From: Candidatus Zapsychrus exili
Lineage (GTDB): Bacteria > Omnitrophota > Gorgyraeia > Zapsychrales > Zapsychraceae
Assembly (NCBI GenBank): GCA_030765585.1
Contig: JAVCCJ010000075.1
Span: 37,482-101,481 of the forward strand
Direction of reading: 5' to 3'
Length of the DNA stretch: 64,000 nt
The position numbers were made by a program, and so were the translations under genes. Of the stretch, positions 1 through 9,717 are shown in pieces (positions within the stretch are counted from its first letter, which is position 1; every line of letters starts with the position of its first letter). The notes under the pieces are model-generated. The model was not told where the DNA came from. It did no database searches and was given only the letters and a program-made list of their open reading frames with translations.

Positions 1-572
1 TTGCCTTTCTTATGTGGGTATATTTTTTCCGTGGATTTTTATTTAATAAGCTTTTTCTTTCCGGAGACGCTATGGCGTACTTCGAGCATACGAGATTTTA
101 TATAGACAATATAAGTCGTGGAATTTATCCAATGTGGGAGTCAACAAGGCAGCTTGGTGTTCCAGCTGAGTTTTTTATGAGAAGGATAGGCTCTTATAAT
201 CCGGCGTATTTCTTTATTATTGTTTTAAATAAACTAGGTATGCCATATGTTAATTCTTATCTTTTGTTTTTAGCGGGTTATTATTTTCTTGGTGTTTTAG
301 GGTTTTATTTATTGGCTAAACAAATGTTTAAAGATTCAAATATTGCTTTTTTGGCATATATTTTATTGTTGTTCTCTTCTTTAGGAACAAAGGCTTTTGA
401 GTCTTACATACTTTTGGTATCTGTTCCTACTATATGGTTTTTCTTCTTTCTATTTGCTTTTACCCAGAAACAGAATAAATTTCATTTTCTTGGTATTATT
501 TTTTCTTTGATGATAATTTTGATCACCTATATTCCATTTTATTTTATAACGGTTTTTTGCCCTTTTTTCTAA
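1..572 (+). CDS. N-terminal part of a YfhO-like/GT-C-type multi-pass membrane protein (5' truncated by the window; frameshifted into the next ORF)
   Basis: The frame is open from the window start and encodes multiple hydrophobic helices with a 'GDA...F...GIYPMW' N-terminal motif. It ends at a T6 run where the next ORF continues in another frame. Confidence 0.55.
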   Translation, partial: AFLMWVYFFRGFLFNKLFLSGDAMAYFEHTRFYIDNISRGIYPMWESTRQLGVPAEFFMRRIGSYNPAYFFIIVLNKLGMPYVNSYLLFLAGYYFLGVLGFYLLAKQMFKDSNIAFLAYILLLFSSLGTKAFESYILLVSVPTIWFFFFLFAFTQKQNKFHFLGIIFSLMIILITYIPFYFITVFCPFF

Positions 573-2161
573 TTTCAGCTAGTATTTATTTTAAAGAATT
601 AAAAGCTTTGTTTTTCGCAACATTGAAATTTTGCAATGTTAATAAAGTTTTTGCATCGATGTGTATATTTATTTTGCTATTGTCTGCCTTCCCCGGAACA
701 TTTTTCTCTTTAGAATTTAAAAAAGGTGAAATAGTTCTGCCTATGAGGCATGCCGAACTCTATGACGCTAAAACGCAAGCTTCTAAAGTAGAAGATTATA
801 TGGTAGTTGGCATTAATAATATAAACACTGGAGGGAAGCAGGCGACAACCTTATACGATGATTTTATGATGGATGCTAAAGATTTTGAGGTAGGTAGATT
901 CTATGTACCTGTTTTTTTGATTTTGTTAATTTTGCTTGGGTCGATAACCCTCATTAATAGAAGATTAGTTCTATTGGCAGCACTTGTCTATTTATTTCAT
1001 CTAATATGTTTAACAGACGCAACTCCTGTTGCGAAATTTTTATATGATCATATATTCTTTTTCAAATATTTCAGAAATTATAGTCATTTTTATTGGATAG
1101 TAATGGTTCAGGCGTTAATTTTGATTTCTGCAGAGTTTTTTAATTCGTTGTTAAAATATTCACCTAAAAATGATATTCAGCGAAAGATTGTTTTTGCTTT
1201 TATTGTGTTAGTCCATTTGGGAGTTGCTGTTTTTATTTTATTTCATGATATTTCCGTCATTACAGCCTATGCAGCTATAGTTGTTAGTTTTGTTTTCTTT
1301 ATTTTGTATTTCTTAAAGAAAATTGAGAAAAATAGCGTGATTTTCTTATTTTTATTGTTGTTTATTGTAGCTGTCCAATCTTTTGAAATGTATTATCATT
1401 TGAACAAGAACTCTCGCGTAGTTCCAGCAGCAAATGTAGAGCCTTATAGATATGGTGGTAAAAATCCGTTTCTTGTTTTTAATCTTCCTGAAACCAAAGC
1501 TTTTACAAAACCTAGTGAAGAATATTTTGATACTTATTTTCAAACTAGAGTATATAAGAAAAATGTTTGGATGGCGACCAAATGGAATATTCTGTTAAAT
1601 GATAATTTAGAAGTTAAAATCATGGCTAAGTATTCTGTTGGGGGTAAGCTTTTAGTCTATGATAGAATTAAAATTGTTCACGATGGTCAGCTAGATTTTA
1701 AAGAAATAAGGGATGTGTTTGATAAAAGCAGAAATATAGCTTTTGTTATTGATACAGGAGATCAAGTGATTAGGTTGAAAAATAGTGTGATAAATCCATC
1801 AGATAGGCCAGAGTCTATTTTAAAAAATTCTAAGCTTGTGGAAGTTTTAGATTTTGATGTTAATTATATAAAACTTAAGATAAATTTTAATGTGGACAAA
1901 TTTCTTGTTTATAATGATTGCTATTCTAGCAAGTGGAGAGCTTTTATTGATGGAGAAAAAACGAATTTATTACGAGCTAATATTGCTTTTAAAGGGCTGT
2001 GGGTACCCGCAGGAGAACACGTGGTGTTTTTGCGTTATGGTAGAAGGTGGAGATATATTTTAGATTATTCTTTTATTGTTTTGTTTAGTATTGTTTTTAT
2101 GTATTTGTTATTCTTGGCGCTCTATTCTAATAGAAAAGAAAGTTCTAATTTTGTATTATAA
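557..2161 (+). CDS. C-terminal part of a YfhO-family membrane protein
   Basis: Many TM helices and a C-terminal YfhO-like signature 'LVYNDCYSSKWRAFIDG...RANIAFKGLWVPAGEHVVFLRY'. The TTG start has no RBS, so this is probably a continuation of the upstream ORF. Confidence 0.65.
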   Translation: MPFFLISASIYFKELKALFFATLKFCNVNKVFASMCIFILLLSAFPGTFFSLEFKKGEIVLPMRHAELYDAKTQASKVEDYMVVGINNINTGGKQATTLYDDFMMDAKDFEVGRFYVPVFLILLILLGSITLINRRLVLLAALVYLFHLICLTDATPVAKFLYDHIFFFKYFRNYSHFYWIVMVQALILISAEFFNSLLKYSPKNDIQRKIVFAFIVLVHLGVAVFILFHDISVITAYAAIVVSFVFFILYFLKKIEKNSVIFLFLLLFIVAVQSFEMYYHLNKNSRVVPAANVEPYRYGGKNPFLVFNLPETKAFTKPSEEYFDTYFQTRVYKKNVWMATKWNILLNDNLEVKIMAKYSVGGKLLVYDRIKIVHDGQLDFKEIRDVFDKSRNIAFVIDTGDQVIRLKNSVINPSDRPESILKNSKLVEVLDFDVNYIKLKINFNVDKFLVYNDCYSSKWRAFIDGEKTNLLRANIAFKGLWVPAGEHVVFLRYGRRWRYILDYSFIVLFSIVFMYLLFLALYSNRKESSNFVL

Positions 2162-2164
2162 ATT

Positions 2165-3100
2165 ATGAATATAGATATATTAAAAAATTTGTTGAGAAAA
2201 ATAATTGAAATCATAAAGTGGTTGTCTAGACGTGTAATTGCTGTATATTTTGTTATTTTTTTATTGTCTTTGCTTGTTGTCAACAATGTCAAAGTAGAGC
2301 GCAAAAGACTTAATCATTTGATGCCTTTATATTATGAAACCCTTGTTGACGAAAATTTTAATGAGAAAAATTTTAATGATATAAAATTGAGGGAGTATAT
2401 AAATTATTATAAAAAAGTTGCTAAAAGTACTCAATCAAAACCAGAAGCTTATAGCATTGTTGGGTATTGCTACTATTATTCGGGAGACGTAAAGAAAGCC
2501 ATTTCTTTTTATAAGAAAGCGATTGATGCTAATCCTTACTTTTTTTGGTTTCATTATAATTTAGGAGTTATTTATTATAAAGAAGGAGATTTTGATAAAG
2601 CTATAAAGTCTCTTAAGGCTGCAGGCTCTACGGCGGCAGAGAATAATCTGATGTTCTTGTCGTCTTCAAAAGTATTCTTTTCATTTATAAAAGACCCTAT
2701 TATATTCGTTGATGGAATAAAAAAGAGATTGAAACAAGGATACTTTGATTGTTTTGCATTGTTGTCGCTAAGCTATCAGAAGACAGAAAATTTTCAAGAT
2801 ATGTTCCATTGCGCTAATTATGCCATTAAGGAAAATATGGGAGATGAAAATATTTTTTACTATTATGGCGGGATTGCCGCATTTAAGCTTAAAAAATATG
2901 AAAAGGCAGTTTATTTCTTCTTAGAGAGTATAAAAAGGAAAAAAACTCATGCAGATTCTTTTAAATATTTAGGATTAGCACTTGAAGCTATGGGTAGAGA
3001 AGAAGAAGCTGATAAATTCTTTGAGAAGTCAGAACGTCTTTCTAGTGTAAATAATACAGTTCTTTTTGATTCAGAAAAGATTAAACTTCAAATTTTTTAA
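2165..3100 (+). CDS. Membrane-anchored tetratricopeptide repeat protein
   Basis: N-terminal TM helix followed by TPR motifs (AYSIVGYCYYYSG..KKAISFYKKAIDANP..HYNLGVIYYKEG). Confidence 0.8.
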   Translation: MNIDILKNLLRKIIEIIKWLSRRVIAVYFVIFLLSLLVVNNVKVERKRLNHLMPLYYETLVDENFNEKNFNDIKLREYINYYKKVAKSTQSKPEAYSIVGYCYYYSGDVKKAISFYKKAIDANPYFFWFHYNLGVIYYKEGDFDKAIKSLKAAGSTAAENNLMFLSSSKVFFSFIKDPIIFVDGIKKRLKQGYFDCFALLSLSYQKTENFQDMFHCANYAIKENMGDENIFYYYGGIAAFKLKKYEKAVYFFLESIKRKKTHADSFKYLGLALEAMGREEEADKFFEKSERLSSVNNTVLFDSEKIKLQIF

Positions 3101-3116
3101 TTCATTTAAATAACTA

Positions 3117-4646
3117 ATGTTAAAAACCTCATTTAAAAATGCAGTTTTTCTTATTTTTCTTGGTATTTTTATATCTTTTGTTTTGCTGGAAATAAGTTTA
3201 CGATCTGGTGGTTTTATTTTTACAGTACATCAGGATAAGAAAAATCAAGAAGCTTTAGGTGAGGATAAGATTATAGTCTTATGTATAGGAGAATCAACAA
3301 CTGCTTTAGGAGGGGAAGACTCGTATCCATCGCAACTGCAGGAAGTCTTAAATAAAAAGATTAAAGGCAAAGAGTTTAGAGTGATTAATAAAGGTATAGT
3401 TTCTAGCACTTCTAAGAATATTGCAAATAATATAAAGGGTTGGTTGGTAAAATATAAGCCCAACATTGTTATAAGCATGGTAGGAGTTAATGATAGATAT
3501 AAATCTTTAACTATTGAAAAGCCAAGTTTTACATTTGCATATTTGTTTAGAAATTTAAGAGTTTATAAGTTGTTTAAAATGTCGGCTCTTAAACTGGATG
3601 AGAAAAAAAGAGGTGTTAGTATAAAAAATGTTCGATGGATCCCTAAAGAAGAAAAGAAAGATGCTATTAAAAGTATTTTGAGGGCAATAAATAGTAGTCA
3701 AGAACTTTGGCAGGATTTAAAGAATATTGTAGACTCAAAAGATAAGTGAGTAAAAGAAGCAGCTATAAAGCAGTTGTTGAAATTGAGAATTCAGCAATCT
3801 AATCTTTTGACAGCTGCTGGTAAGTATTATAGAGAACGTAAGAAATATAAAGAGGCTGAGAAATATTTGAGCCTAGCAATTGTGGAGTATTCTAATAATT
3901 TAATCCCGCGAATAGAGCTTGGAGTTTGTTTTAGGGAGCAAAAGAGATATGATAGAGCAGTGCCAATGTTGGCTCAAGTTATTGATATGGCAGGCGGACA
4001 GGCAACGCCAGCAACGATAGAGCTTGCTAGGTGCTTTGATGACCTAGGTCTTAAAGACAAAGCTTATAAATTATATAAGAATGTGGCAAATACAGAATAT
4101 AATAATCTTTGGTCGTATCATGAAGCTGGTATGTGGCTAAAAGAAAATGGATATTTAAAAGACGCCGAAGATGTTTTTTTAAAGTCGATTGCGATGGGAT
4201 CTAGAGACTCTTCTGAGCATTTAGAATTAGCTAAAATGAAAGAAGGCAAGGGCGAGAATAAAGAAGCTGAAGTTTTAAGAAAGAAATATTTAGAACCGTA
4301 CAAAACGTCTGATGGATATTCTAAAGCCACTATTGTTTTTTATAATAAAATAGTAAAACAGGTTTTATCCTCTGGAACAAAAATGGTGTGTGTTCAATAC
4401 CCTTTAAGAGGCGTCGAATCTTTAAAAAATATTATCGAAAACAAAAAATATAAAGAACAAATAGTTTTTGTAGAAAATAAAATTAATTTTGAAGAAGCCC
4501 TAAGCAACAATGCATTTACAGACTATTTTCAAGATAATTTTGCTGGAGATTTTGGGCATTGTACAAGAAAAGGAAACAGCCTTATTGTAGAAAACATTTC
4601 TCGGGCTGTTAAAGAAATAATAAATGAATCTAATAATTCTTTATAA
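3117..4646 (+). pseudogene. SGNH/GDSL hydrolase-TPR protein interrupted by a single in-frame TGA at 3747-3749
   Basis: ORFs 3117-3749 and 3774-4646 share a frame and are separated only by TGA. The first has SGNH blocks I-III (GESTT, NKG, GVND); the second has TPRs and the block V DxxH motif (DFGH). Confidence 0.7.
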
Positions 4647-5334
4647 AAATGATTTTATAGATGGTACTCATATAGCTCGTTTAAAAGATAGACGTTTTAA
4701 ACATATTCGTGAGATACATAAGCCTAAGGTGCAAGAAAGTTTAAACGTAGGGTTAATAGACGGAAAAATGGGGCAAGGCAAGGTAGTTAAGATAGCAGAA
4801 GACCATGTAGACTTGGATGTTTCTTTAAGAGCTAATCCGCCGAAGTCCATTGATGCAATAGTGGCAATTGCGCTTCCAAGGCCAATAATGTTAAAAAGAA
4901 TCCTTTCCTATGTAACTTCAATAGGTATTAAGAAAATTATTTTATTTAATTCACAGAGAGTAGAAAAAAGTTTCTGGCAAAGCTCTGTATTGAAGCAAGA
5001 AAATCTGACAAAATATCTTATAGAAGGCCTTGAACAGGCTAAAGATACAATTTTGCCAGAGGTTTTGTTGAGGCCATTTTTTAAATCTTTTGTTAAAAAT
5101 GATGTTACGCAATTATTAAAGAAAACAAATGTTTTTGTTGCTCATCCTGAAGCATCTAAGAGATGTCCCTCCAAGATAAAAAATCCAGCGACTATTCTGA
5201 TAGGACCTGAGGGTGGGTTTATTCCATCTGAAATAAAGTCTTTGATTGATTGTGGTGTTGAGTCTGTTAATTTGGGGAAAAGAATTTTAAAAGTAGAAAC
5301 TGCTACATATGTTGTGCTCTCGAAGTTGCTTTAA
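4624..5334 (+). CDS. rsmE: 16S rRNA (uracil1498-N3)-methyltransferase RsmE
   Basis: SPOUT motifs 'IGPEGGF' and 'LGKRILKVETA'; 'EGLEQA'. Confidence 0.9.
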   Translation: MNLIILYKNDFIDGTHIARLKDRRFKHIREIHKPKVQESLNVGLIDGKMGQGKVVKIAEDHVDLDVSLRANPPKSIDAIVAIALPRPIMLKRILSYVTSIGIKKIILFNSQRVEKSFWQSSVLKQENLTKYLIEGLEQAKDTILPEVLLRPFFKSFVKNDVTQLLKKTNVFVAHPEASKRCPSKIKNPATILIGPEGGFIPSEIKSLIDCGVESVNLGKRILKVETATYVVLSKLL

Positions 5335-5341
5335 TTGCTTG

Positions 5342-6136
5342 TTATATAAGCGCTGATAATAGTGTAACTCCTCCGAAGAGAAACATAAAATAAGCAAAAT
5401 TTATTTCTTTAGCTAATTTTAGCAAGAAGTGTATAGTAGCTAATCCGAAAATAAATGATGCTAATAATCCAATAATTGATTCTATGGATAGTTGAAATTT
5501 GTTTGTATTTAAGATGATGTTTCCTAACAGAACTATTGGAAGGCTCATCAGAAAACTTAATTTTAAAGCATATTTCTTATCAAATTTTCTTAAAAGTAAA
5601 GTAGATACGGTTAGGCCAGATCTGGACAATCCTGGAAGCGCAGCAAAGCCTTGAGCAATTCCTAGGATAATTCCATCGGTAATTTTTAGATCTCCTATGT
5701 TTTTGTGCCCTGAATGTTTTGCTTTAAATTCTAAATATCCAGTTATAAGAAGAAGACAGCCAATTATTATGGTTATTAATTTTCCGGTTAGATTAAAATG
5801 AAATTCTAAAGATGTTAAGATTTTTATAAGAGCAAGGCCTAGAACGCCACTTATTAATGTTGATATAAAAAGGAATTTTAGAAGGTTTTGATTGTCTTTT
5901 GTTTGAGTTTTGTATTGGATAGCAGTTTTAACTAGCTCAACAACATCTTTATTAAAGTATATAAGAGCGGCGAGAAATGTGCCAAGATGCAGGAAAAGAG
6001 CTTGTTTTATAATTAAATCGATGCTAAATTCAGAAGAAAGAAAGGTTTTTTTGACCAATATCAGTAAACCCTCGGAGCTTACTGGCAACCATTCAGCAAT
6101 TCCTTGTATTGTTCCTAATACGATTTGTTCTAACAT
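5342..6136 (-). CDS. uppP: Undecaprenyl-diphosphate phosphatase UppP/BacA
   Basis: 'QGIAEWLPVSSEG' and 'QGFAALPGLSRSG.T' motifs; polytopic membrane protein. Confidence 0.92.
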   Translation of the reverse strand: MLEQIVLGTIQGIAEWLPVSSEGLLILVKKTFLSSEFSIDLIIKQALFLHLGTFLAALIYFNKDVVELVKTAIQYKTQTKDNQNLLKFLFISTLISGVLGLALIKILTSLEFHFNLTGKLITIIIGCLLLITGYLEFKAKHSGHKNIGDLKITDGIILGIAQGFAALPGLSRSGLTVSTLLLRKFDKKYALKLSFLMSLPIVLLGNIILNTNKFQLSIESIIGLLASFIFGLATIHFLLKLAKEINFAYFMFLFGGVTLLSALI

Positions 6137-6248
6137 AATATTTAAATATTTAATTACTATTAATAATTTTTTATTATTATAACAGGATTTGGCTTGTTTA
6201 GTATTTTGATTTAAGATAAAATAAGCAATCTTAGAAAGAAATAAATTT

Positions 6249-6725
6249 ATGTTAAAGCCTAATAAAAAATATATGACTATGGCTATCGAAAAAGCTAAAC
6301 AGGGGGTGATTACTGGTCAGACACCTTTTGGAGCCTGTATTGTAAAAAATGGCAAGGTGCTTGCCTGTGAACATAATGTGGTTTTTAAAAGTACGGATAT
6401 AACTGCACATGCTGAAATTAATGCAATAAGGGTGGCATGTAAGAAGACAGGGTCTGTCGATTTAAAAGGCAGTGTAATATACTCTACATGCGAGCCATGT
6501 CCGATGTGCTTTAGTGCTTGTCATTGGGCAAACATCTCAATGATAGTTTATGGTGCAAAAATTAAGAATGCAAAGTTTGCAGGTTTTAATGAATTGGATA
6601 TTTCCAATAAAAGGCTAAGAACTTTGGGCGGGTCATCTATTGAGATAGTAGATGGTTTTATGAAAGAAGACAACGAAGAGCTATTTAGGTTTTGGATGAA
6701 CAAAAAGGATAAGAGGAGCTATTAA
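6249..6725 (+). CDS. Zn-dependent nucleoside/guanine deaminase (cytidine deaminase superfamily)
   Basis: 'PFGA', 'HAE' and 'EPCPMC' motifs; resembles Bacillus GuaD more than TadA. Confidence 0.85.
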   Translation: MLKPNKKYMTMAIEKAKQGVITGQTPFGACIVKNGKVLACEHNVVFKSTDITAHAEINAIRVACKKTGSVDLKGSVIYSTCEPCPMCFSACHWANISMIVYGAKIKNAKFAGFNELDISNKRLRTLGGSSIEIVDGFMKEDNEELFRFWMNKKDKRSY

Positions 6726-6726
6726 T

Positions 6727-7353
6727 ATGGCAAAAAAGTCGAAAGGTATTATTGTTTTGGGTGTGCTCCTGATTTTATTAGGAACATTTTGGTTGTCGTT
6801 AATTTATCAAAGAGGAAAAAGTTTTATTCCAAAAGAAAAACAACCATATTTTAAGGAGTATGGAGTAAAAGCAATTGATTATGTAGCATTAGGAAATGAA
6901 ATGAAAGAGATTCTTGCCGAGTCTAAAAGATCTTCGGCAGTAAACGTTCCAACTTTAGATAGGAAAGCCATTATTGTATTTTGGATCATTGTTTGTTTTG
7001 AGCTTATATGTGCTTTTTTATATCTGGGGTCAGGGATCTCTCTTCTGAGATTTCATTCGCTTGCAAGAGGATTTACAATCTTTACTTTGCTATTTGACTC
7101 TTTTTTAAAATGTGCGGCAGTTGTTTATCAAAGCTATATTTTAGAATTATTAGGTCAGTCTGTTTCTAAAAACATAGTTTTTAATTATTTTGCACCCACC
7201 AATGGTTTTATGTCAAAGGTATCTGCCTATTTAACAGGTGTAGGATTTGTTCAGAAAGATTCTTTGATTTATATATTGAGTTATTTGTTCTGCTTATTCT
7301 TATGTTTTTATTTTCTTACTAGGAAAAGTGTTATTAAACAATTTAATCAGTAA
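6727..7353 (+). CDS. Hypothetical membrane protein
   Basis: 208-aa ORF with about 4 hydrophobic segments, tightly packed in the operon. Confidence 0.7.
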   Translation: MAKKSKGIIVLGVLLILLGTFWLSLIYQRGKSFIPKEKQPYFKEYGVKAIDYVALGNEMKEILAESKRSSAVNVPTLDRKAIIVFWIIVCFELICAFLYLGSGISLLRFHSLARGFTIFTLLFDSFLKCAAVVYQSYILELLGQSVSKNIVFNYFAPTNGFMSKVSAYLTGVGFVQKDSLIYILSYLFCLFLCFYFLTRKSVIKQFNQ

Positions 7354-7374
7354 AGTTTTGTGCGAGGAGATATT

Positions 7375-7806
7375 ATGAGAAAAGTTTTTATTATTTTTGT
7401 ATGTGTTTTTTGTGCAGGATGCATGGCGATAAACGCAGAGCCTGAAGGCTTTAAAAGTGTTGTGTTAAAGAGCACAGAGTTTACTCATATTGCCCAGATT
7501 AAAAATGGTATGAGTAAGGAAACAGTTTTTGATATTATGGGCAGCAAAGTTGTTATTGGTTATAAAGAAAGTGAAACATTCGAGAATACATTTGAACCGA
7601 TTGTCGTAACTAATCCCCACCGTAGTGAGGTTTTAAAAGGGAAAAATAAAGTTTACGATGTAGTATATTATTTTACTTCTGTGAAGAATTCTGATGGTAA
7701 AGTTTCTGACGATGAATTGACTCCACTTGTTTTTCAAGGCGATAGGTTTGTTGGAAAAGGATGGAAGTATTTATCTAAACTAAAAAGAAAAATTTCTAAA
7801 AAATAA
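7375..7806 (+). CDS. DUF3192-like lipoprotein
   Basis: AGGAG RBS before ATG 7375; lipobox-like CAGC; C-terminal 'YYFT....DG.VSDDELTPLVF.GD..VG.GW'. Confidence 0.7.
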   Translation: MRKVFIIFVCVFCAGCMAINAEPEGFKSVVLKSTEFTHIAQIKNGMSKETVFDIMGSKVVIGYKESETFENTFEPIVVTNPHRSEVLKGKNKVYDVVYYFTSVKNSDGKVSDDELTPLVFQGDRFVGKGWKYLSKLKRKISKK

Positions 7807-7824
7807 CAATAAAGCTTAATTGAA

Positions 7825-8760
7825 TTGAAAGATTGTTTACTAACGCCACTTATTTCTTTATCTAAAGAAAAATATCCTATAGAATGGAGCGAAGAGTTCT
7901 TGTTAGGCTCTTTGCTGGATGTTGAGATAGGCTTTGGGACTGGTGAATTCCTTATCGCAGAAGCCATTAATAACCCAGGCAGAAATTATGTAGGTATTGA
8001 GCAAAATTGGGAAAGAATTGTTAAGACTCTTAAAGTAATTACACGTCTGCATAAAGAAGGTAAGCCACTAAACAATATTAGAATTCTTCGCATAGATGCA
8101 ACTGTTGCTTTTGAAAGACTATTTGCGCAAAAAAGCATTAATTCTATTTATTGTCTTTACCCATGTCCTTGGCCAAAGAAGGGACACATAAAAAACAGAT
8201 TATTCTCATGTAGTTTTTTAAAACTTTTAAATAGTCGTTTAAAGGTAGGCGGAGATTTAAGAATTGTTACAGATTTTTATCTTTATTTTGAGTGGGTTAT
8301 AGAGCAGTCAGAGGATGCAGGCTTTAGCGTATTAACAAATAGAGTTAAGCCAAAATATAATACAAAGTTTGAGCTTAAGTGGTGTGAAGGGGGACAAGAA
8401 GAATTTTTTGAGATAAAAATGCACAAAAAAAGCCACGTTAATGTTATTGAAAGGCAAGGTGTAGAGTTGAAAACATATAAAGTAAAAGATTTTGCATATG
8501 ACAATTTTAGTTTTGAGAATAAAAAAGGCGAGATATCTGTTATTTTAAAAGATAAGCTTTTTGATAAAGATAATAAAAGGGCAATGATTTATGTAATTGT
8601 TTCAGAGCAAAATTTGACACAACATCTTTGGGTTTCTATTATTAAAGGTAAGGATTTCTGGTATATTGCTCGTGCAGAAGGACAAAAATTTTTTGCTACG
8701 CCAGCAATTTCAGAAGCAATAAAACTAATCTATGAAGCAGCTAAGTTAAGCAGTGAATAA
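7825..8760 (+). CDS. trmB: tRNA (guanine-N7)-methyltransferase TrmB with C-terminal extension
   Basis: 'VEIGFGTGEF', 'YPCPWPKKGH..NRL', 'VTD' and 'TKFELKW' motifs. Confidence 0.88.
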   Translation: MKDCLLTPLISLSKEKYPIEWSEEFLLGSLLDVEIGFGTGEFLIAEAINNPGRNYVGIEQNWERIVKTLKVITRLHKEGKPLNNIRILRIDATVAFERLFAQKSINSIYCLYPCPWPKKGHIKNRLFSCSFLKLLNSRLKVGGDLRIVTDFYLYFEWVIEQSEDAGFSVLTNRVKPKYNTKFELKWCEGGQEEFFEIKMHKKSHVNVIERQGVELKTYKVKDFAYDNFSFENKKGEISVILKDKLFDKDNKRAMIYVIVSEQNLTQHLWVSIIKGKDFWYIARAEGQKFFATPAISEAIKLIYEAAKLSSE

Positions 8761-8766
8761 GCGAGA

Positions 8767-9588
8767 ATGAAAGTAAAAATAATAAGAAAAATAATTTTTT
8801 TAAGTTTTGTTTTTGTAGCAGTAGTTTCTTGTCCTGTATTGGCAATAAAAAGTTACAATGTATCGTGTAAGTCTGCAATTTTTTCAGATAGCACTAAGGT
8901 AAAAAGGTTGTATGGTAAAAATGTTCATAAAAAAGTAATACCTGCAAGTACAACTAAAGTAATGACAGCATTGCTTGTTTTAGAGCATTTGTCTTTAGAC
9001 AAATATGTGACAGTAAGAAAAAGTGCTACGGGAGTTCAACCTACAAAGCTTTATCTTAAAGTTGGAGAAAAGTATAGGGTAAGAGATTTGCTCTATGCGA
9101 TTATTATTAAATCTGCTAATGATGCGAGCATTGTTTTGGCTGAGGCGGTTTCAGGTTCAGAAGCTAGTTTTGTTAAGTTAATGAATAAAAAGGCAAAAGA
9201 GATTGGGGCAAAACATACAAATTTTGCAAATTCTAATGGTTTGCCTTCAAAAAGAGTCAGACAATATACAACAGCTTATGATATGTATTTGATATTTAGA
9301 AAGGCTTTGCGTCATAGTTTTTTTAGAAAGGCTATTAAGTACAAATATAAAAATATTTATTCAAAGGCTGGGAGAAAAATAGCCCTTGAAAGTCATAATA
9401 AAATTTTGTTTAAAGATTGGAAGAGAAAAGTGTATGGCAAAACTGGCTATACAAAGGCAGCGGGGGCTTGTTTTGTGGGAACTATTGAAAAGAAAGACAG
9501 TACGTTGATAATAGGCGTTTTTAATTGTCCAAAACGATGGTATGATATCAAATATATTATTAGACGCTTTGGAGGAATATCGCTTTAG
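8767..9588 (+). CDS. D-alanyl-D-alanine carboxypeptidase (peptidase S11)
   Basis: SxxK (STTK), SxN (SAN) and KTG motifs; signal peptide. Confidence 0.9.
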   Translation: MKVKIIRKIIFLSFVFVAVVSCPVLAIKSYNVSCKSAIFSDSTKVKRLYGKNVHKKVIPASTTKVMTALLVLEHLSLDKYVTVRKSATGVQPTKLYLKVGEKYRVRDLLYAIIIKSANDASIVLAEAVSGSEASFVKLMNKKAKEIGAKHTNFANSNGLPSKRVRQYTTAYDMYLIFRKALRHSFFRKAIKYKYKNIYSKAGRKIALESHNKILFKDWKRKVYGKTGYTKAAGACFVGTIEKKDSTLIIGVFNCPKRWYDIKYIIRRFGGISL

Positions 9589-9717
9589 TGGTTAAATAAA
9601 TGTTCTAGCTTTTATTTAGGAATCGTGATATTCTTTGGTTTGCGTTTAAAGCAGGATTAGACATTAAATACATATAATAAGTAGTTATTTTAATAAATAC
9701 TTTAAAAGGAGTCTTAA

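Noticed and set aside
3747-3749. Genetic code reassignment or selenocysteine at TGA
   Set aside because: TGA terminates pyrR and the MgtE-like gene at normal ATGA overlaps, Trp is encoded by TGG throughout, the position is non-catalytic, and no clear SECIS hairpin is present.
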